The position numbers were made by a program, and so were the translations under genes. The notes below the pieces were generated by a model. It worked only from the letters and a program-made list of their open reading frames with translations, searched no databases and had not been told where the DNA came from. DNA of 64,000 bases from Eledone cirrhosa (taxonomy: Eukaryota), in assembly GCA_964016885.1 (NCBI GenBank), contig OZ024741.1, positions 39,246,001 to 39,310,000 on the forward strand, given 5' to 3'. Positions 56,399 through 64,000 of this stretch are shown here, piece by piece (the first letter of the stretch is position 1; each line of letters opens with the position of its first letter).

Positions 56399-56450
<52 letters not shown>

Positions 56451-56486
56451 ATATATATATATGTATGTGTATATATATATATATAT

Positions 56487-56557
<71 letters not shown>

Positions 56558-57374
56558 CACACATATACACACATGTACATATATATGTCTGTGTGTGCAT
56601 ACCCTTGACAACATTATGCACAAAAAACCTACAACTGTCAATGATCTTTGCTGATTATTTCCATTCCATATATATTCTATTGTTTCCCCAACTTTTTATT
56701 TTCTCGTCAATCTTCTACGATACTCTCGTTGGCAACGATAATGAACGGAGTAAAGAGGAAATAGCCATTTTGCCATTATTTTGCTTCGGAAAGTCTGTCA
56801 AACTTTCTCTTATTCTCCTTTTTTCCTTCATTAGCTTTTCCTCCTTCTGTCATTGTTTCTTCATTTCTCTATTCCTTCTTTTATATATTTAATTTTTTTT
56901 CTCTCCTTTCGCTTTATTTATTTATTTCAGTCTGTTTTCTTTTATTTTCTTCCATATTTTTTCCTAACGTTCATGTTTTTCTTTACGTTTTTCTCTTTCT
57001 CGTTTTTAATTCATCTTTTCTATCTTAATTTCTTCCTTTCTTTCTTTCACTTCTTCTTTTCCCTTTTTTCATTTTTTATTCTTTTTTCTTTTCTTTCTGT
57101 CTTTCATTCTTTCTTTCTTCCTATCCTTTTCTTTTTCCTTCTCTTTTCTTTCTTTCTTCCTTTCTTCCTTTTTCTTTCTTTCTTTTTACTTTCTTCTCAT
57201 CCTTCTTTCATCCGTCCGTTCTTTCTTCCATTCTTTCTTTCTTCCTCTCTATATTTTTTCTTTCTTTGCTTTTTCTTTCTTTTTTCCTTCTTTTCTTCTT
57301 TCATCCTTCCTTTCTTTCTTCCATACTTTCTTTCATTCTCTCCTTCTTACTTCTTCCCTTTCTTTCTTTTATTT

Positions 57375-57557
57375 GGATTGGCAGTATCGGTAGAGAGTCG
57401 GACACCATTTGAAGCATAGAGTTACGTCCCTTTACGATCTGAGTTCAAATCCCGCCGAGGTTAACTTTGCCTTTCATCCTTACGGGGTCGATAAAATAAA
57501 GTACCAGTAATGCACTGGGCAATTTGCTGGCCTTGTGCCTAAAGTAGAAACAATTAT
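57375..57557 (+). mobile_element. tRNA-head Meta-like SINE
   Basis: A and B boxes present; tandem with the next copy. Confidence 0.85.
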
Positions 57558-57563
57558 TTCATT

Positions 57564-57751
57564 ACGGTGAATTGGCAGTATCGGTAGAGGGTTGGACGCC
57601 ATGCTTTCTAGCATAGTTACGTCCCTTTACGGTTTGAGTTCAAATCCCACCGAGGTTAACTTTGCCTTTCATCCTTACGGGGTCGATAAAATAAAGTACC
57701 AGTAATGTACTGGTTAATTGCTGGCCTTGTGCCAAAAGTAGAATCAATTAT
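57564..57751 (+). mobile_element. tRNA-head Meta-like SINE
   Basis: tggcagtatcgg ... gagttcaaatcc ... ctttcatccttacggggtcgataaa...gtaccag. Confidence 0.85.
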
Positions 57752-58310
57752 TTCATTAATTCATTAATTCCTACTTCTAGTCCTTTCCCTTGTCTCTCCA
57801 TCTTTCCTCTACAGCCATTTTTCTATCTCCATTCATTCTCCATCATTTATTGTTTTCTTTATTTTCTTTCTTAGTATTTTCATTCTTCATTTCTTGCTTT
57901 CATTCTTCGTTCAATTCATATTCCCTCTTTCCTTTCCTTTTTTTTCATTATGCTTGTGAAACTCTGTCGCTCTTCTCGTTATTCTCATGTTACCCTTCAA
58001 CAGTTTAAACTCTTCAGTCATTACTTCGACAATTGTTATTCCATTATTGTAGTTTTTCTTTTACCCTTTGCCTTGTTTGTTTGTTCCTTTCTATAGTTCC
58101 ATGTTTGCTTTTCTTTTATTCTTTTACTGGTTTGAATCCTTTTATTGCGGGCATGTGTTGCACAGTCTTACACTAGATGATATTGACCCCAGTAATCTTG
58201 TTTTTCATGTCCGGTACTTATTTTATCAATTTCTTTTTGTCGAACCACTATATATATCCATCTATGTATATCTACGTATATACACACACACATATATAAA
58301 TTTATATATA

Positions 58311-58377
<67 letters not shown>

Positions 58378-59230
58378 TAGGGTTGCAGGAAAATGCGTCC
58401 GTAGGCGATATGCCGGTTGAGCACTCGATGCTCGCGCAGAACAGAGTATTCTATCATAAAGTACGAGGATTCAGTACTGCATCAAACCACAATTTATTAA
58501 CATATTACATGTTTCTCCGTCGACCAGCTCAATGCAGGATCGTTCTTTATAATATATATATATATATATATTTAATACATTAACAGAGAAAGCTTTAAGC
58601 AATACTCCGACCGGCTTCCGTCTCACTCAACAAACATTACGATATACCTTAATATAATCCAAATTTTACGTTTGGGGTGCTAACTATATGTATTTTGCGG
58701 ATAGCCAGTTGTATTATTTTATATGAGACATAATTAAAATACATCTCCCTTTCCAAACAATTGTTTCATTATAAGTTTTCTACAAAATGGGAAAATATGT
58801 CCAGGTTATGTAGAAGCCTACACATAGTCCGTAGGAATATATGCAGGTGGGCACTTATAAATCATCAGTGGATGCCCGTCAAACATCGATATAAAAAAAA
58901 TTTCTTACCGATATCTAATGTTCAGCGATATATATATATATTCGAATATGTATATACATATGTATATATGTAGCAAAGGTAGAACTATATATACAATGCT
59001 CCTAGGAAAGTAGAGAATTATATATGATAGTATATAATTGCCACGTCTTTTCCGAATTAGCTCGATGTGTTTATATATTATATGGATTTGAAGAGAAAAA
59101 AGTGTTTAGTGTGAAATATTTGGAGGGCAAAAAATATAAACAAGTATACTGGTGGAAAAATCAACTTCTACCATTTAAAATATGTTTTTTATAGGTATAG
59201 AAGTTGATTTTTTCATATATATTGAAGTCG

Positions 59231-59267
<37 letters not shown>

Positions 59268-59268
<1 letters not shown>

Positions 59269-59650
59269 TAGCAGATGTACCCGGCGTTGCTCGGGAAATG
59301 AATGACAGCCTGAATTGTTCAAGGTCGTTTATGGCTTAGCTACCAATTTCTGAGTGCATGTCAGCTTATGTCAGCTAATTGGTTAGCCAATGAGAGGTCG
59401 CCTCAATAGCACGTGCCAAATCGGCCTAGTCTTTCAAAAGTTAAAAGGAGTCCAGTATTTGTACACAGACAGATACAAACACAAAATCCATTTTTCGGCC
59501 TCAATATCGATTTTATGCTCTGCATATAAGCAACATGTGTGCCAAATTTGGTTGAAATCGGCCTAGTACTTCAAAAGTTAAAAGGAGCCTAGTATTTGTA
59601 CACAGACAGACAGACAGACACACAGACCGACTTGCTTTTATATATATAGA
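59268..59650 (-). mobile_element. Non-autonomous Helitron
   Basis: Minus strand A|TCTATATATATAAAAGC ... cccgagcaacgccggg-tacatctg-CTAG|T. The terminus is nearly identical to that of the autonomous Helitron. Confidence 0.85.
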
Positions 59651-60238
59651 TCACCTTGATCTCCTTGACCGACTAGTCTGTCGAGCGTCCATTCAGCGCC
59701 ACTGGTCACAGCACGTCGTCCATTCCTCTCTGGATCGTGCTTTCCTCATACATGTATTCCAAATCGTATTCTTAAAATCGTAACTCCACCCTCATGGAGG
59801 CCTTCCGAGTGGTTGTTTCGCGCGGGTACCACTCGGCAACTGCGCGGGTCCACCGATTATCGGTAACCCGGGCGACGTGTCCAGCCCATCTGAACTTGCT
59901 GCGCATATATTCCGTGATGATGTCCCTCACGCCGGACTTGTCTGATGACTTCGCCCCTGATGTGCTCTTTCAACGAGATTCCTAGCATTGATCTCTCCAT
60001 GGCTCTTTGAGCCTTACCAGCCTCTGCTCTTCTCTCTTCGTTGTAGGCCAAGTTTCACTGCCATATAACATTGCAGGTAAAACTGTGCTATTGAAGAGGC
60101 TGGCGCGGGTCGTCTTGTCCAACCTCCCCTTGAGCACATCCCTTATGCCGTTGAATGCCTTCCATCCGGCCCTTACTCTCTGCGAGATCTCCCTCTCAAT
60201 GTCTCGGCGCATGTTCACTTCTTGTCCCAGGTAGACGT
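59651..60238 (-). mobile_element. RTE-clade LINE 3' fragment
   Basis: YVYLGQ...EISQRVRAGWKAF...LFNSTVLPAMLYGSETW, and AQRAMERSMLGISL. Confidence 0.88.
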
Positions 60239-60261
60239 ATATATATATATATATATATATA

Positions 60262-60370
60262 TAACAAAGAAAGTGTGGTAAGAAACTAGGTGGATCATAA
60301 CGCACCAGAGTACTCGATACATAGGGTAGTAGAGTGGATAATAGGAAAAGAGTCAGGTCCTGACTCTTTT

Positions 60371-60373
<3 letters not shown>
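60262..60373. mobile_element. Family-T tail with minimal fold-back
   Basis: Tail plus ataggaaaagagtcagg-t-cctgactcttttcctat. Confidence 0.8.
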
Positions 60374-60429
<56 letters not shown>

Positions 60430-60435
<6 letters not shown>

Positions 60436-61428
60436 CGTAAATAAGAAAATTATGAAAATCGACGTACTTACTAAAATTTCACTCCAACTATTTAGTTTCT
60501 GTAAGGGAATAAATATGGTTACGGAGCGTACTCACAGAGAAACCTTACGTCATCAGAGAGTCTATTCTCGGCTAAGCTTCCAGGCAATGCGAGGACACTG
60601 GGAACTTATATAAAAATAATTCAGTGGATGGAAAAAAGCGAGCGGGGACTAAATTCCAAGACATTGAAAAAATTCACTGCCTACTTGGTCAGTGGCAAAT
60701 TCAAAAGAATCAATCACGTGACACTGAGGTTAATCAGAGTGAAATTTTAGTAAGTAAGTCGATTTTCATAATTTTCTTATTTACGTCTTTCATATAATTG
60801 TTCTGCATCCCCTTGCATAGAACCACAAAGTTACTAAGACAAAACATATATATTTCCTAGCATAGGTATGCATCTGTATACATATGTTGGTAGATATACT
60901 AATTCTTTATAATTATCTCCAAATTATTTGTTGAGCAAAACTTGCCGAAATTACTACTATGGTTCATGGTAGTGGCTAGGCCCTTGTCTTATTAGCACTC
61001 CACTCCTCACTGATTAACCTCAGTGTCACGTGATTGATTCTTTTGAATTTGCCACTGACCAAGTAGGCAGTGAATTTTTTCAATGTCTTGGAATTTAGTC
61101 CCCGCTCGCTTTTTTCCATCCACTGAATTATTTTTATATAAGTTCCCAGTGTCCTCGCATTGCCTGGAAGCTTAGCTGAGAATAGACTCCCTGATGACGT
61201 AAGGTTTCTCTGGGTACGCTCCGTAACCATATTTATTCCCTTACAGAAACTAATTAGTTGGAGTGAAATTTTAGTAAGTAAGTCGATTTTGATAATTTTC
61301 TCATTTACGTCTTTCATATAATTGTTCTGCATCCCCTTGCATAGAACCACAAAGTTACTAAGACAAAACATATATATTTGCTAGCATAGGTATGCATCTG
61401 TATACATATGTTGGTAGATATACTAATT

Positions 61429-61432
<4 letters not shown>
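60430..61432. mobile_element. Fold-back non-coding element with canonical HHR in (TA)n
   Basis: 60430-60735 is inverted relative to ~61010-61314, with a tail at 61315-61431 and an extra tail copy at ~60737-60910. Confidence 0.85.
61186..61264 (+). ncRNA. Type I hammerhead with long loop II
   Basis: actcc-CTGATGA-c-gtaagg...ccttac-a-GAAA-ctaatta-GTT-ggagt. Inverted copy at 60481-60561. Confidence 0.8.
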
Positions 61433-61503
<71 letters not shown>

Positions 61504-61703
61504 TACTTTGTATTCCCTCTGGACGGAAATTTATGAAATTTTCGTATCATTCATTAAGTTCTGTGTTACTGCCTCAAACAATTCGATTAGTATATACTAT
61601 ATTGCGGCTACAACTTCCATTTATACATATTATCAATAGATCCGTTCGGACTCTTTTCATATATATATATATATATATTGTAATAATAAATGTGAAGACT
61701 AAA

Positions 61704-61741
<38 letters not shown>

Positions 61742-62401
61742 TATATATATATATATGTATTAGCATAAATGTTTCCGTGTGTAGAAGTATACATTATTAT
61801 AACTATTAATATTATTATGCTATTTAGGATACTGCTTTTGTTGTTGTCGATGGTGTTGGAGGCGTCGGTGACGCCGGTAATGAGGAGAGGAGGAGGATGA
61901 AGATATTGTTGATGACAACAATGACAATGATGTTAAATATGTTGATGATGACAACAACGACGACAACGTCGATGATGATGATGGGAGGTTTTGTTTAAAA
62001 ATGTAAAAAAAAAAAAAAAAAATAACTTTGACAATACTAGATGGATACTAAGCAAAAAAGAAACCAAGCCAACCCAAATTCAATGCTACCATGCCACACC
62101 ATGTCGAAATCCAGCTGGTGTTTTTTTCACAAACGATTAAGCATGATTTATCCAAAATCTTTCAATACCTCACTTATTTCTAATCCATTACTAAACGACA
62201 TTCACTAGAATTTACTTTACATTTTCTACATCGCAATATTAATTCTTGTTTGAGAAATGGGAGTTTCATTGACTTCCACTGAGTATTTTCTTTTTTCTTC
62301 TTATTTCTTCGCTCTACCTTTTAAGGGGCTACTGTATTTCTCCGTTCTTTTTTTCCATTTTTATTTTTATTTCATTATCGTATGCTGCCTTAAATTATTC
62401 T

Positions 62402-62473
<72 letters not shown>

Positions 62474-62483
62474 GTATCGTATG

Positions 62484-62515
<32 letters not shown>

Positions 62516-62521
62516 CGTGTG

Positions 62522-62601
<80 letters not shown>

Positions 62602-62605
62602 ATTT

Positions 62606-63750
62606 TAGCAGCAAGCCACCGGAGTAGCCAGGTGCACTAGAATGGGCCCCAACTACACCAACCCTTTCGTTGGCTACATTGAGGACCAGATCTTTGCCCA
62701 AAACACTGGTTCCACCGCCGAACTATGCGATCGTTATATTGATGACTATATCGGTGCCACGACTCTCACCCGGGAACAGCTCGACTCCTTTCTCTCCTTC
62801 CCCTGCTCCTTCCATCCCTCCCTCCACTACCACCTATGTCCACTTCTTGGACATCTCCGTCGCTATCGACCCCTCATCACCTCTGCTTTCTTCAAACCTA
62901 CTGACTCCTTCAACTTTACCTCCTCCCACCCCACTCACACCAAACACTCCAGTCCCTACACCCAACATCTCCGGATCCACCGCCTTTGCAGTCAACATGC
63001 GGATTTGAAACCTAGGCCCTTTCTCTAGTCCATCATTTCACCCGGAGGGGTTACACCACTCCCTTGTCTACGCCGCCCTTACCTGCTCCCGCGCCGTCCA
63101 CGACACCCCACCCTCACCCCACATACTCACCTCCAACCCAACGACTCCCTTTCCCCAACACCTACCAGCCCGACATCCTACCCCTCTAACGAACCATCCT
63201 ACACCTCTTCCAACGCCTCCAGTCAGAAACCTCCACCACTCATGTCTTCCCACTCCTACCTCTCCCCTCCTTCAAAAGCGCACGCAACCTCCGCAATCTT
63301 CTCGTCCGCAGCTCCCTACCCCCCAAACACGTTCCTTTCCTGGATCCCCTCCCTGCTCCCGACCCCCCCCCCCCCCTTCCACACATGCCCCCACATCACC
63401 AACTTAACAACCCTCCAGAGACCCAATGGCCACTCCGTTCCTGTCCGTCATTCCTTTCGCTGCACCTCCCCCAGCCTTGTCTACGGACTCCGCTGCACAG
63501 CGTGCGGTGTGACCTATGTCGGAGAGACGGGACGCCGGTTAGCCGACCGGTTGGCTAACCGGTTCGCCGAAAACCTTCACAACATCCTCCTCGGCTCGTG
63601 TTTCCCCGTCGCTCGTCACTTCTGCTCTGCCGGGCATTCCGCTCGCAACTTGACCGTCCGCGGCCTGATTGCGTGTCCTGCAGCCCCGGATGCGCGACTG
63701 AGGGCCGAGCAACGCACGATTTTCCAACATACACTCTCCCTGATTTAAAA
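62606..63750 (+). mobile_element. Decayed Penelope-like element (Neptune-like)
   Basis: MGPNY..FVGYIE, RYIDD, FLDI, KPTD, SSHP, CPHI, LVYGLRC..C...YVGETGRRL and PVARHF. Frameshifted. Confidence 0.88.
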
Positions 63751-63849
63751 TCTCCACCCTTCTTCCTTTAGCCCCCGACTGACACCACTATCCACCGCCA
63801 ACTATCACACAGATTGAATAGTTATTTTTCAGTACTTTTCTATCTGGCC

Positions 63850-63940
63850 GGTGAGCTGGGCTGTTTCGATAGCTAGATCCGAAGTGTTTGGATCTAGCTC
63901 TCGAAACGGGCGGAGCTCAGCCGGTGGGGTCCTGACTTTT

Positions 63941-63942
<2 letters not shown>
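63850..63942 (+). mobile_element. Family-T hairpin (diverged)
   Basis: gagctgggctgtttcga...tcgaaacgggcggagctcagccggtggggtcctgacttttc-(TA)n. Confidence 0.7.
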
Positions 63943-63975
<33 letters not shown>

Positions 63976-64000
63976 ATACACATATTCATACATATAAATA

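Overview
AT-rich, microsatellite-saturated animal genomic DNA. The repeat content resembles octopus/cephalopod, which is an inference. No host protein-coding gene can be supported. The window is mostly transposon-derived: Penelope-like retroelements (PLEs; RT plus C-terminal GIY-YIG) of at least three lineages, a decayed Helitron with non-autonomous Helitrons, mariner, RTE and L1/Tx1 fragments, tRNA-head SINEs, MITEs, and a long GGT/GTT/GGTGGTTAT array. The main finding is about nine distinct families of type I hammerhead ribozyme (HHR)-like motifs, folded by hand. They include two non-canonical U3:A8 cores and a U4A core. They lie in PLE 3' regions or in short non-coding fold-back elements inserted into (TA)n. 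Several unrelated families share one asymmetric layout: one arm carries a ~60-115 nt tail, and the other stops at an internal TA-like motif fused to the (TA)n target. All folds and clade calls are by eye and untested.
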